DNA of 64,000 nt from an uncultured Lachnospiraceae bacterium (GTDB taxonomy: Bacteria > Bacillota > Clostridia > Lachnospirales > Lachnospiraceae), in NCBI GenBank assembly GCA_902783375.1, contig CACZQN010000055.1:12100-76099 (forward strand), written 5' to 3'. The notes under the pieces were generated by a model. It made no database searches and was not told the DNA's origin. It was given only the letters and a program-made list of their open reading frames with translations. Position numbers and translations under genes: made by a program. Shown piece by piece: positions 26,926 to 36,347 of this stretch; the first letter of the stretch is position 1; each line of letters starts with the position of its first letter.

Positions 26926-27618
26926 ATGATTTATTCAACTGAAGTAAAGAATATGTGCCCTGTCACGCAGGGCGTACATCACGGTGCAGCGCCGATCCCG
27001 GAAGAAGCTAACTGGGTACAGGCAAAGAGAGTCGAAGACATCTCCGGCTACACACATGGTATTGGCTGGTGTGCACCACAGCAGGGCTGCTGCAAGCTGT
27101 CCCTGAACGTAAAAGATGGTATCATCCAGGAAGCACTTGTTGAGACCATCGGCTGCTCCGGTATGACACACTCCGCAGCAATGGCTGCTGAGATTCTGCC
27201 GGGTCTGACTGTTATGGAAGCACTGAATACGGACCTTGTCTGCGATGCAATCAACACTGCTATGCGCGAGCTGTTCCTGCAGATCGTCTATGGCCGTACA
27301 CAGAGCGCATTCTCCGAGGATGGACTGCAGATCGGTGCAGGTCTTGAGGACCTTGGTAAGGGAACACGTTCCATGATCGGTACCACCTATGGCACACTGG
27401 CAAAGGGACCACGTTACCTCGAGCTGACAGACGGTTATATTACCGACCTTGCTCTGGACGAGGACGATGAGATCATCGGTTATAAGTATGTGAACTTCGG
27501 CAAGATGATGGATTTCATCAAGGCCGGTGATGATGCGAACACTGCACTTGAGAAAGCTTCCGGCAAGTATGGCCGTGTGCAGGATGCTGTCAGATTTATT
27601 GATCCGAGACATGAGTAA
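26926..27618 (+). CDS. NifU/IscU-like Fe-S scaffold homologue with a ~100-aa C-terminal extension
   Basis: 'GWCAPQQGCCKLSLNVKDGIIQEALVETIGCSGMTHSAAMAAE' aligns to the IscU Cys/His scaffold region; RBS TAAGGAGG + 5 nt. Confidence 0.7.
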   Translation: MIYSTEVKNMCPVTQGVHHGAAPIPEEANWVQAKRVEDISGYTHGIGWCAPQQGCCKLSLNVKDGIIQEALVETIGCSGMTHSAAMAAEILPGLTVMEALNTDLVCDAINTAMRELFLQIVYGRTQSAFSEDGLQIGAGLEDLGKGTRSMIGTTYGTLAKGPRYLELTDGYITDLALDEDDEIIGYKYVNFGKMMDFIKAGDDANTALEKASGKYGRVQDAVRFIDPRHE

Positions 27619-27632
27619 GGAGGAAGAGAACA

Positions 27633-28652
27633 ATGGCATTATTTGAGTCTTACGAAAGAAGAGAGAAGCAGATTCTCGCAAAGCTTGCTGAATATGGCAT
27701 TTCCTCCATCGAAGAAGCTGAGAAGATCACAAAGGACGCTGGACTGGATGTCTATCATCAGATCGAGAACATTCAGCCGATCTGCTTTGAGAATGCAAAG
27801 TGGGCATACACCATTGGTGCTGCCATCGCAATCAAGAAGAACTGCCGCAAGGCTTCCGAGGCTGCTGCAGCCATCGGCGAAGGCCTTCAGGCTTTCTGTA
27901 TCCCGGGTTCCGTTGCTGACCGCAGAAAAGTAGGTCTTGGCCATGGTAATCTCGGCAAGATGCTCCTCGAAGAAGATACCGAGTGCTTCGCTTTCCTGGC
28001 AGGCCACGAGTCCTTCGCTGCTGCTGAGGGCGCAATCGGTATCGCTGAGAAGGCAAACAAGGTCCGTCAGAAACCGCTCCGCGTCATCCTGAACGGTCTT
28101 GGCAAGGACGCTGCTCAGATCATTTCCAGAATCAATGGCTTCACTTATGTGGAGACCCAGTATGACTACAAGACCGGCGAACTGAAGGAAGTCTCCAGAA
28201 AGTGCTACTCCAAGGATCCGGAGTCGCCGCGTGCTAAGGTTAACTGCTACGGTGCAAACGATGTTCAGGAAGGTGTTGCGATCATGTGGAAGGAGAACGT
28301 CGATGTCTCCATCACCGGTAACTCCACCAACCCGACCCGTTTCCAGCATCCGGTTGCAGGTACCTATAAGAAGGAAAGAATCGAAGCTGGCAAGAAGTAC
28401 TTCTCCGTTGCTTCCGGCGGTGGTACCGGCCGTACCCTGCATCCGGACAACATGGCAGCAGGTCCTGCTTCCTATGGTATGACTGATACACTTGGCCGTA
28501 TGCATTCCGATGCACAGTTCGCAGGTTCTTCCTCCGTTCCGGCACACGTTGAGATGATGGGTCTCATCGGCGCTGGTAACAACCCGATGGTCGGTATGAC
28601 AGTTTCTGTCGCTGTTTCCATCGAGGAAGCTGCAAAGAACGGCAAGTTCTGA
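27633..28652 (+). CDS. GGGtGRT-family protein (PF14057-like), function unknown
   Basis: Contains the eponymous 'SGGGTGRTLHPDNMAAGP' motif; ~339 aa; 14 bp downstream of the NifU-like gene. Confidence 0.75.
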   Translation: MALFESYERREKQILAKLAEYGISSIEEAEKITKDAGLDVYHQIENIQPICFENAKWAYTIGAAIAIKKNCRKASEAAAAIGEGLQAFCIPGSVADRRKVGLGHGNLGKMLLEEDTECFAFLAGHESFAAAEGAIGIAEKANKVRQKPLRVILNGLGKDAAQIISRINGFTYVETQYDYKTGELKEVSRKCYSKDPESPRAKVNCYGANDVQEGVAIMWKENVDVSITGNSTNPTRFQHPVAGTYKKERIEAGKKYFSVASGGGTGRTLHPDNMAAGPASYGMTDTLGRMHSDAQFAGSSSVPAHVEMMGLIGAGNNPMVGMTVSVAVSIEEAAKNGKF

Positions 28653-28673
28653 TGCGTTTTCACTGAATGATGG

Positions 28674-28711
28674 AAGAGCCGTATCCGCTCTGGTGGATGC
28701 GGCTCTTTTTC
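28674..28711 (+). terminator. Rho-independent terminator
   Basis: AAGAGCCGTATC-loop-GATGCGGCTCTT followed by TTTT. Confidence 0.75.
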
Positions 28712-28838
28712 TGCGTGAGCAGCTCGAACGCACAGGTCATCCCTGCATGAACCGGCAAAGGATCACCCGAATGTGTATTGTTCCCAGAGGGAAAATGTGG
28801 TACCATAGATCCGGAGTCTGATGGAAGGAGGACCACTT

Positions 28839-29333
28839 ATGGGTGAGCGCGCGGACCGGGCGGAGGCATTATTCCGTGCCGGCTGTAACTGTTCACAGTC
28901 TGTCTTCGTGGCATTTGCAGATTTGTACGGGATCGATGAGAAGACAGCCATGAAGATTTCCGCATCATTCGGGGCCGGCATGGGCAGGATGCGGGAGACC
29001 TGCGGCGCATTTTCCGGGATGCTGATGGTCACCGGGCTTGAGACCGGGGCGGAAGAGAGTGCGGACCAGGTGCAGAAGGGCCGCAACTATGAGAAAGTGC
29101 AGGAACTGGCGGCCAGATTCCGTGCGGAGCTGGGGACGCTCTCCTGCAGAGAACTGCTGGGACTGACAGAAGAAGATGTGAAGCATGAAAGTGTGGCACC
29201 TGCGCCAAGAACCGCAGACTATTATGAAAAGCGCCCCTGCCCGCGGATCATTCGCAGGGCGGCAGAGATTCTGGAAGAGACATATGTTTTTCCCGGTGCC
29301 GGAGACGGCACGCAATGTAACATGGAGGAATAG
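28839..29333 (+). CDS. C_GCAxxG_C_C family putative redox-active protein
   Basis: 'GCNCSQSV' and 'ETCGAFSG' motifs plus a C-terminal CxxxxC; RBS GGAAGGAGG + 7 nt. Confidence 0.7.
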   Translation: MGERADRAEALFRAGCNCSQSVFVAFADLYGIDEKTAMKISASFGAGMGRMRETCGAFSGMLMVTGLETGAEESADQVQKGRNYEKVQELAARFRAELGTLSCRELLGLTEEDVKHESVAPAPRTADYYEKRPCPRIIRRAAEILEETYVFPGAGDGTQCNMEE

Positions 29334-29336
29334 CAA

Positions 29337-31274
29337 TTGAAGAAGAACACAAGGAACTTGACAGTGGCGTTGATGCTGGTGCTGGCACTTGTACTCGCTG
29401 CCTGTGGTAAGGATACCGGAAGCGGGAATGCGGCCGGAAGTACAGGAACGGAGCAGAGCGTCGCACAGAGCATGCAGTCTGCATCCGGGAAAGAAGAAAC
29501 TGCTTCTTCGGGAACAGCAGCTTCAGAAAGTACTGCTTCTGAAGAAAATGCAGGAGAGGGGAGCACGACGGAGGAGATGCAGGGGAATCTTGCAGAAGGA
29601 AGTGGCTCGTTCGAAGAAAGTGCAAGCTCTGCAGCAGAAGCCGGCAATGAAGAAGGCAGCGGGGAAGAGCCATTTATCGAGGAGGCTTTCGGTGGAGAGG
29701 CCATCCTGGAGATCCCGTCCGTTTATCTGTATATGGCTTTCGATGCGATTGATGATGAGGAAACCCACGACAGACTGTATTATTATCAGATGGAGTCTGC
29801 AAAACTGACGGAAGAGGCAGAGGAGTTCTATCCGGAGCTGGCAGAAACGGTGAACAGTTACTTTACCGGCACGGTTGCGGATATTGACGCGATGTCGGAA
29901 CAGATGGCGGACGATGTCCGGATGATGCGGGAAGAGACTGCGGCAGATTATGAGATGCCGGCATCCTGTGATGAATCGGAACTTTATATCCGCAGGGCAG
30001 ATGCACAGGTCCTTTCTTTCCTGGAGGAGTTCTATGCATACTATGGCGGCGTGCATGGAATGTATGGATATACGGGGATCAACTTTGATACCCAGACTGG
30101 TGCCATTATCAACTTTGATGATGTGATTGCCGACCGGGATGCGCTGATGCCGGTCCTTGCAGAGAAGCTGCTGGAGCGGTATCCGGACACCTATTCCTTC
30201 AGTTACTATGAAGAGGATGATTTTGCGGGAATGCTGGCTGAGCATTATGGCAGCGCGAGCGAGGAACCGACGGATATCGGTTTTGTGCTGGATCCGCAGG
30301 GCGTGACGTTCTTCTTCAATCCTTACGAGATCGCCTCTTATGCGGAGGGGGCCTTCCAGGTAACCATCCTGTTCGAAGAGGCACCGGAACTGTTCACAGA
30401 AAACTATGGGCCTTCGGAAGAAGGATTCGTCATGTATTTTTCAGATGGACAGGAACTGCAGTTTGATGCGGATGGAGACGGCGCCCTTGATACCGTAAGT
30501 GTCTCGCCGGTCACACCGGAAGGCTACTACGACGAAGACGGGGAGACGGACAGCAGCAGGGAGCCTTTCTATACGGAGATTGATGTCCTGATGAACGATA
30601 AGACACTCCGGATGCCGACGTTCAACCTGACGTTTATCAGTCACCAGAACATGCTTCTCCACCGGGCGAACGGGCAGAATTTCGTCTATATCTATGCAGA
30701 GACAGATTCCGGGAACTTCGTCGAGATCTTTGATCTGGCTGCTGAACCGAAACCGAAGATGGAAGAGGATCCGTCTATTTCCGATTCCTTTGCCGAAATC
30801 AGTGACGCAGGGATCCCGGTCCGGGAAATCTATCTGCCGGAATATGACTGGGAAACCTATATGGATATGCCTCCGGTTGATCCGGAATATCCGCAGTTTG
30901 ATTTCTTCCCGAACTGGATGGAGTCCTTGGGCGCACTGTCCGTGACGAACCTGTTCCAGCTCATGCCGGATGGACAGGTACTGCCCCTTGTGAACGAGTA
31001 TACGGTTCCGGACTATACGGTCAATCCACCGATCAGGACGATGATCGAGATGCAGGCGATCGAACAGGATCCGGACGGAACGTTCCACGATGTCACCCTT
31101 CCGGAGGATACCTGGATGTGGTTCGAGGATACCGATTATAGCGGGTGGGCAGGTTTTCAGACCGATGAAAATGCCTATGTGCGGATCGCGATCGAGATTC
31201 CGGAGTTCGGAGTCATGGATGCAACGTATGAAGGTCAGCCGATCGATGAATGCTTTGATGTAGTTGACTACTGA
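29337..31274 (+). CDS. Large lipoprotein with a DUF3298/DUF4163 (RsiV-like) domain and an acidic low-complexity N-terminal region
   Basis: Lipobox 'LVLAAC', Ser/Glu/Ala-rich 100 aa, 'YYGGVHGMYGYTGINFDTQTGAIINFDDV' DUF3298-like core. The TTG start is 3 nt after the upstream stop. Confidence 0.65.
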   Translation: MKKNTRNLTVALMLVLALVLAACGKDTGSGNAAGSTGTEQSVAQSMQSASGKEETASSGTAASESTASEENAGEGSTTEEMQGNLAEGSGSFEESASSAAEAGNEEGSGEEPFIEEAFGGEAILEIPSVYLYMAFDAIDDEETHDRLYYYQMESAKLTEEAEEFYPELAETVNSYFTGTVADIDAMSEQMADDVRMMREETAADYEMPASCDESELYIRRADAQVLSFLEEFYAYYGGVHGMYGYTGINFDTQTGAIINFDDVIADRDALMPVLAEKLLERYPDTYSFSYYEEDDFAGMLAEHYGSASEEPTDIGFVLDPQGVTFFFNPYEIASYAEGAFQVTILFEEAPELFTENYGPSEEGFVMYFSDGQELQFDADGDGALDTVSVSPVTPEGYYDEDGETDSSREPFYTEIDVLMNDKTLRMPTFNLTFISHQNMLLHRANGQNFVYIYAETDSGNFVEIFDLAAEPKPKMEEDPSISDSFAEISDAGIPVREIYLPEYDWETYMDMPPVDPEYPQFDFFPNWMESLGALSVTNLFQLMPDGQVLPLVNEYTVPDYTVNPPIRTMIEMQAIEQDPDGTFHDVTLPEDTWMWFEDTDYSGWAGFQTDENAYVRIAIEIPEFGVMDATYEGQPIDECFDVVDY

Positions 31275-31382
31275 AATATTTATAAACTACTAGACCTGAA
31301 TTACCAAAAGGTGTAAAATAAAAACTGTAAACATTTGTTTTGGGATCACCGGACGACTGGCTGATCCGGAATGGAGGAATTT

Positions 31383-32618
31383 ATGGGACTGATAGCTGCA
31401 GTATTGGGTTCGGCGAGCAGTGTTCTTGCTGATAGCTGGAAAGAGTTTTTTGTCTGTGAATCATTGCCGGCAGATGTTCTGGTCGTAAAGGGTGTGAAGC
31501 GGACCGGAAAAGGATCTCAGAATACAAAGGGTTCCGACAACATTATTTCGAATGGCTCCGGTGTTGTCGTTGCGGATGGCCAGTGTATGATCATCGTGGA
31601 TCAGGGCAAGATCGTGGAAGTCTGTGCAGAGCCGGGCGAATATACCTACGATATGTCATCTGAGCCAAGTCTTTTCTCAGGAAGTCTTGGACAGGCGATC
31701 AAGGATACCTTTGCCCAGATCGGCAAGCGTATCGGCTATGGCGGCGATACCGGAAAAGATCAGAGAGTTTATTATTTCAATACAAAAGAGATCATTGAGA
31801 ACAAGTTCGGAACACCGAGCCCGATTCCGTTCCGGATTGTGGACCGGAACATCGGTCTGGATATCGACAGCTCCGTGCGCTGCTCCGGTATCTATTCCTA
31901 TAAGATCACAAACCCACTGCTGTTCTATACCAATGTCTGCGGGAATGTAACCCGTGAGTTCACCCGTGCAGATATTGACCAGCAGCTGAAGACAGAATTT
32001 GTATCAAAGCTCCAGCCTGCATTCGCAAAGCTGTCGGAAGAAGGCATGAGACCGTCTGCAATTCCGGGACATGCGGAAGAGCTTGCAGAGCTGATGAACC
32101 AGGAGCTCGACTCCAAGTGGAGTGATCTCAGAGGGATCGAGGTCGTCTCGGTTGCCCTCAACCCGATCACCATCCCGGCGGAAGACGAGGCGATGATCAA
32201 GGAACTGCAGAGAACAGCAGTTTACCAGAATACGAATATGGCAGCTGCAAATCTTGTCAATGCACAGGCTGAGGCTATGAAGGCTGCTGCTTCGAACCAG
32301 GGCGGCGCGATGACCGGATTCATGGGGCTGAATATGGCACAGCAGGCTGGCGGCCTGAATGCTGCACAGCTCTTCCAGATGAACCCGCAGCCACAGGCAC
32401 CGCAGCAGGATACACCGGCACCGGCTCCTGCAGCACCGGCTGAAGAAGGCGGCTGGGTATGTCCGACCTGCGGCACACAGGTAGCAGCTTCTGCGAAATT
32501 CTGCTCTGAGTGCGGCACGAAGAAACCGGAGGGACCGGCAAAGTGGTTCTGCCCGGAGTGCGGCTCGCCGAATACCGGTAAGTTCTGCACCAACTGCGGG
32601 ACAAAGAAGCCGGAGTAA
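31383..32618 (+). CDS. SPFH/Band-7-like domain protein with a C-terminal double zinc ribbon (YdjI-like)
   Basis: N-terminal ~290-aa SPFH-like region, Q/A/P linker, 'CPTCGTQV...CSECG...CPECGSP...CTNCG'. Confidence 0.65.
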   Translation: MGLIAAVLGSASSVLADSWKEFFVCESLPADVLVVKGVKRTGKGSQNTKGSDNIISNGSGVVVADGQCMIIVDQGKIVEVCAEPGEYTYDMSSEPSLFSGSLGQAIKDTFAQIGKRIGYGGDTGKDQRVYYFNTKEIIENKFGTPSPIPFRIVDRNIGLDIDSSVRCSGIYSYKITNPLLFYTNVCGNVTREFTRADIDQQLKTEFVSKLQPAFAKLSEEGMRPSAIPGHAEELAELMNQELDSKWSDLRGIEVVSVALNPITIPAEDEAMIKELQRTAVYQNTNMAAANLVNAQAEAMKAAASNQGGAMTGFMGLNMAQQAGGLNAAQLFQMNPQPQAPQQDTPAPAPAAPAEEGGWVCPTCGTQVAASAKFCSECGTKKPEGPAKWFCPECGSPNTGKFCTNCGTKKPE

Positions 32619-32723
32619 GATTCTGCCGGTAGTACAAAGAACGTTGTGAAGTGAACAGTAAAGGGCGGGAACGGTGACATCCGTCACGTATCCCGCTCTT
32701 TTTCGAAATCATGGAGGACTGCA

Positions 32724-33809
32724 ATGGCAGGATTACTGGAATATAAGTGCCCCTGTTGTGGGGGCTCGATCAAGTTTGATTCAACCCTGCAGAAGGTAAA
32801 GTGTGAATACTGCGACACAGAATTTGATCTGGAAACATTACAGCAGTATGACCAGGAACTCTCGAATGAAGAACCGGAGGATATGAGCTGGGCGGCACCG
32901 GATCCGAATGCATGGACGGCCAGCGAGCTCGAGGGGATGCGGGTCTATGTCTGTAAGTCCTGCGGCGGTGAGATCGTTGCCGATGAGACGACTGCGGCAA
33001 CAGCCTGCCCATATTGCGGGAACCCGATCGTGGTCATGGGGAATTTTTCCGGTGATCTGAAGCCGGACTATGTCATCCCGTTCAAGTATGATAAGAAGGC
33101 TGCCAAAGAAGCCCTCATGAATCACTTTAAGGGAAAGAAACTTCTGCCGAAGGTGTTCAAGGATGAGAACCACATCGATGAGGTGAAGGGCGTCTATGTG
33201 CCATACTGGCTCTATTCGGCAGATGCTGTGGCAGATATCCGCTACCGTGCGACAAGAGTGAGAGTCTGGTCAGACTCCCAGTATAATTATCAGGAGACCA
33301 GTTACTATTCTGTCATGCGCTCCGGCGATCTGGAGTTTGAGCGCGTACCGGTGGATGGATCATCAAGAATGGCAGATGATATGATGGAATCTCTGGAGCC
33401 GTTTGATTTTAACGAAGCCGTTGATTTCCAGACCGCGTATCTCGCCGGCTATCTGGCAGATAAGTATGATGTCACTGCAGAAGATGGCTTCCCGCGTGCA
33501 TCTGAGCGCGTCAGAAATTCGACTGCGGAGGCATTCATGGATACGGTCCAGGGGTTTGCGACGGTGACACCGGAGAACACCAGCATCCGTCTGCAGGATG
33601 CGAGTTCCGTCTATGCACTTTATCCTGTCTGGATTCTGAATACCACCTGGCAGGGTCAGAAGTATACCTTCGCGATGAATGGCCAGACGGGAAAGTTCGT
33701 CGGCAACCTGCCGGAGGACAAGGGTGCTTACTGGAAGTATTTCCTCAGCATTGCAGGCATCACAACTGCGGTGATCACAGGGATCAGTTTCCTGATGTCG
33801 CTGCTTTGA
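32724..33809 (+). CDS. Zinc-ribbon membrane protein (YdjG-like) with a C-terminal TM helix
   Basis: Two N-terminal CxxC...CxxC ribbons and a C-terminal TM 'FLSIAGITTAVITGISFLMSLL'. Confidence 0.6.
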   Translation: MAGLLEYKCPCCGGSIKFDSTLQKVKCEYCDTEFDLETLQQYDQELSNEEPEDMSWAAPDPNAWTASELEGMRVYVCKSCGGEIVADETTAATACPYCGNPIVVMGNFSGDLKPDYVIPFKYDKKAAKEALMNHFKGKKLLPKVFKDENHIDEVKGVYVPYWLYSADAVADIRYRATRVRVWSDSQYNYQETSYYSVMRSGDLEFERVPVDGSSRMADDMMESLEPFDFNEAVDFQTAYLAGYLADKYDVTAEDGFPRASERVRNSTAEAFMDTVQGFATVTPENTSIRLQDASSVYALYPVWILNTTWQGQKYTFAMNGQTGKFVGNLPEDKGAYWKYFLSIAGITTAVITGISFLMSLL

Positions 33810-33822
33810 GGAGGTGGAGAAG

Positions 33823-34632
33823 ATGATGAAAATGACAGGGAAAAGAATACTTGCCGGCCTCCTGCTGATGCTGCTGATGTGCGGTGCGGTTGCCGGATTA
33901 TCCGGGAAGGTCATTTATGCACATCCCGGCTATGTCGTGGATCAGGCGGGCCTCCTTTCCAGTGGAGACAGATCCGTGCTTGAAGCGAAGCTGCAGGAGA
34001 TCAGCCTCAGGCAGGGCATGGATGTCGTCGCTGTGACGACGAGCAGCACGGAGGGAAAGTCTGCGATGGATTATGCAGATGATTTCTACGATTATAATGG
34101 ATATGCCGCATCCGGCATCCTGCTCCTGATTGATATGGGAGACCGGGCATGGTGGATCTCGACAAAAGGGACTGCCATCGATGTCTTTACAGATGCGGGA
34201 ATTGAATACATCGGGAACCATGTTCTGTCCGATCTTTCCGATGGTGATTATGCACTTGCATTTGAGACATACGCAGATGACTGTGACAAATTCATCACCC
34301 ACTACTTTAAGGAAGGATCACCTTATGGACAGGGGAATCTGCCAAAAGAGCCGTGGAATCCGCTGACAGCTGTCGGTGGGGCGATTGCCGGTATTTTTGC
34401 CGCTTTATTCGGAACTGGTGCGATGAAGAGAAGCCTGAAGTCTGTGCAGGCACAGCGTGCTGCAAATAACTATATCAGGAGTGGCAGTCTTCATGTGACA
34501 AACGCCAGAGAGATGTTCCTGTACAGGAATGTCGTGAGAACCCGCCGCCAGACGGAAAACCGCAGCGGTGGCAGCAGCACGCATACTTCTTCCTCCGGAA
34601 GTACACACGGCGGAGGCGGAGGGCATTTCTGA
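33823..34632 (+). CDS. TPM-domain (TLP18.3/Psb32/MOLO-1 phosphatase-like) membrane protein with a Gly/Ser-rich tail (YdjH-like)
   Basis: Signal peptide, TPM core 'YVVDQAGLLSSGDRSVLEAKLQEISLRQGMDVVAVTT', TM helix, 'SSSGSTHGGGGGHF' tail; the upstream GTG overlaps the RBS, so ATG 33823 was chosen. Confidence 0.65.
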   Translation: MMKMTGKRILAGLLLMLLMCGAVAGLSGKVIYAHPGYVVDQAGLLSSGDRSVLEAKLQEISLRQGMDVVAVTTSSTEGKSAMDYADDFYDYNGYAASGILLLIDMGDRAWWISTKGTAIDVFTDAGIEYIGNHVLSDLSDGDYALAFETYADDCDKFITHYFKEGSPYGQGNLPKEPWNPLTAVGGAIAGIFAALFGTGAMKRSLKSVQAQRAANNYIRSGSLHVTNAREMFLYRNVVRTRRQTENRSGGSSTHTSSSGSTHGGGGGHF

Positions 34633-34700
34633 TCCAGACAGATGAACTGGCCGGAAAAGCAGTAATCCTTTACAAATCTCTGATGCTGTGTTAAAGTTTT

Positions 34701-34734
34701 GCCAGTCGGGTATCCTGCCCGGCTGGTTCTTTTG
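34701..34734 (+). terminator. Rho-independent terminator
   Basis: CCAGTCGGG-tatcct-GCCCGGCTGG followed by TTCTTTT. Confidence 0.65.
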
Positions 34735-34787
34735 GTGTATCAGAGCTGACGCAGGAATCAGGATAACAGAAACAGGAGTGATGATTC

Positions 34788-35546
34788 ATGAGTTACAATA
34801 AGAATCGTTTTAAGAAACAGGACCGGATACTGGTATGGGGACACCGGGGTGCATCCGGCTATGCCCCGGAGAATACGCTTCCGGCTTTCCAGAAAGCAGT
34901 AGAACTTGGTGCCGATGGAATTGAACTGGATGTCCAGCTGACGAAGGACGGGGAACTGATCGTCATGCATGATGAAAAGGTGAACCGTACGACAGATGGC
35001 AAGGGTTGGGTGAAGGACTTTACGCTCGAGGAACTGAAGGCGCTGAATGCCAACAAACATTTTCCGGAATACGGGGTGGTGCAGGTACCGACCCTGAAGG
35101 AAGTTCTGGAGCTGATGAAGCCGACCGGAAGGACGATCAATATCGAGATCAAAACCGGTGAGATCCTGTACCAGGGAATCGAGGAAAAGGTCGTCCGACT
35201 GGTCCACGAGATGGAGATGGAAGAAGTAGTGCTGTACTCCTCCTTCAACCATTATACCTGCCTGAAGCTGCGGGAACTGTGCCCGGATGCCTACATCGGT
35301 TTCCTGTACATGGACGGACCGATCCGAATGGCAGAGTATACCAGAAAATATGGCGGGGATGCACTGCATCCTGCTCTCTACAATCTCCAGTACCCGACGG
35401 CACTGCCGGAGGCGAGGGAAGAGGGACTGGATATCAATGTCTGGACGGTGAATGAAGAAGCATACGTGCGCATGTGCATGGAGGCAGATGTGAATGCGGT
35501 GATCACCAATTACCCGGATATGGCACTGAAGGTTTTGACAGAGTAA
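34788..35546 (+). CDS. glpQ: Glycerophosphodiester phosphodiesterase
   Basis: GDPD motifs 'WGHRGASGYAPENT' and 'GADGIELDVQLTKDGELIVMHD'. Confidence 0.9.
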   Translation: MSYNKNRFKKQDRILVWGHRGASGYAPENTLPAFQKAVELGADGIELDVQLTKDGELIVMHDEKVNRTTDGKGWVKDFTLEELKALNANKHFPEYGVVQVPTLKEVLELMKPTGRTINIEIKTGEILYQGIEEKVVRLVHEMEMEEVVLYSSFNHYTCLKLRELCPDAYIGFLYMDGPIRMAEYTRKYGGDALHPALYNLQYPTALPEAREEGLDINVWTVNEEAYVRMCMEADVNAVITNYPDMALKVLTE

Positions 35547-35567
35547 GCAACAGCAGATGGAGGAACG

Positions 35568-36338
35568 ATGGCGGAAAAGCGGGCGAAGAGGCTCCGGCGG
35601 GAGCACGGGAAGGAAGGCAATGGATGTGGCCTCCACTGTGTGACAGTCAGTGACCTCCGGGTGACAATCGGGGATACCGAGATTCTGCAGAATGTGAATC
35701 TTCATGCCCACTGTGGCAATCTGCTCGCCATTATCGGAAGAAACGGGGCCGGGAAGTCCACCTTGCTGAAGGCATTGCTCGGCGAAATTTCTTATTCCGG
35801 TAAGATTGAGTTTACGGATGTTCATGCCCATATCCACAGAAGGCCGTCCATCGGTTATGTACCACAGAGCCTGTTCGTGGACCGCAATACGCCCGTGAGT
35901 GTCTATGACCTGATGGCTGGGGCGGTCTCAAGAGCACCGGTTTTCCTGACCAGGACTGCCACAGTGCGGAAGCAGGTAGAGGAACAGCTGAGGATCTTTG
36001 ACTGCCAGGACCTGATGGATGCGGCAGTCTGTGACCTGTCGGGAGGAGAACGGCAGCGTGTCCTGCTTTCTCTGGCGCTGTCGCCTGTGCCGGACCTGCT
36101 GCTGCTCGATGAACCGGCAGCGGGAATCGACCAGAACGGAATCAGGCAGCTCTATCAGACACTTGATCAGGTAAAAAAGGAATACGATCTGACACTGATG
36201 ATGGTCTCTCATGACCTGGAATATGTCCGGAAATATGCCGATAAGGTGATCCTGCTTGATAAGACAGTGCTTGCGGCAGGAACGCCGGAGCAGGTATTTG
36301 CCAGCGAAGCCTTTGAACAGGTCTTCGGTGTGGAATAG
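35568..36338 (+). CDS. znuC: Metal (Zn/Mn-type) ABC transporter ATP-binding protein
   Basis: Walker A 'GRNGAGKST', signature 'LSGGERQRV', Walker B 'LLLDEP'; start uncertain (RBS only 3 nt from the ATG). Confidence 0.8.
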   Translation: MAEKRAKRLRREHGKEGNGCGLHCVTVSDLRVTIGDTEILQNVNLHAHCGNLLAIIGRNGAGKSTLLKALLGEISYSGKIEFTDVHAHIHRRPSIGYVPQSLFVDRNTPVSVYDLMAGAVSRAPVFLTRTATVRKQVEEQLRIFDCQDLMDAAVCDLSGGERQRVLLSLALSPVPDLLLLDEPAAGIDQNGIRQLYQTLDQVKKEYDLTLMMVSHDLEYVRKYADKVILLDKTVLAAGTPEQVFASEAFEQVFGVE

Positions 36339-36347
36339 GGAGGAAGC

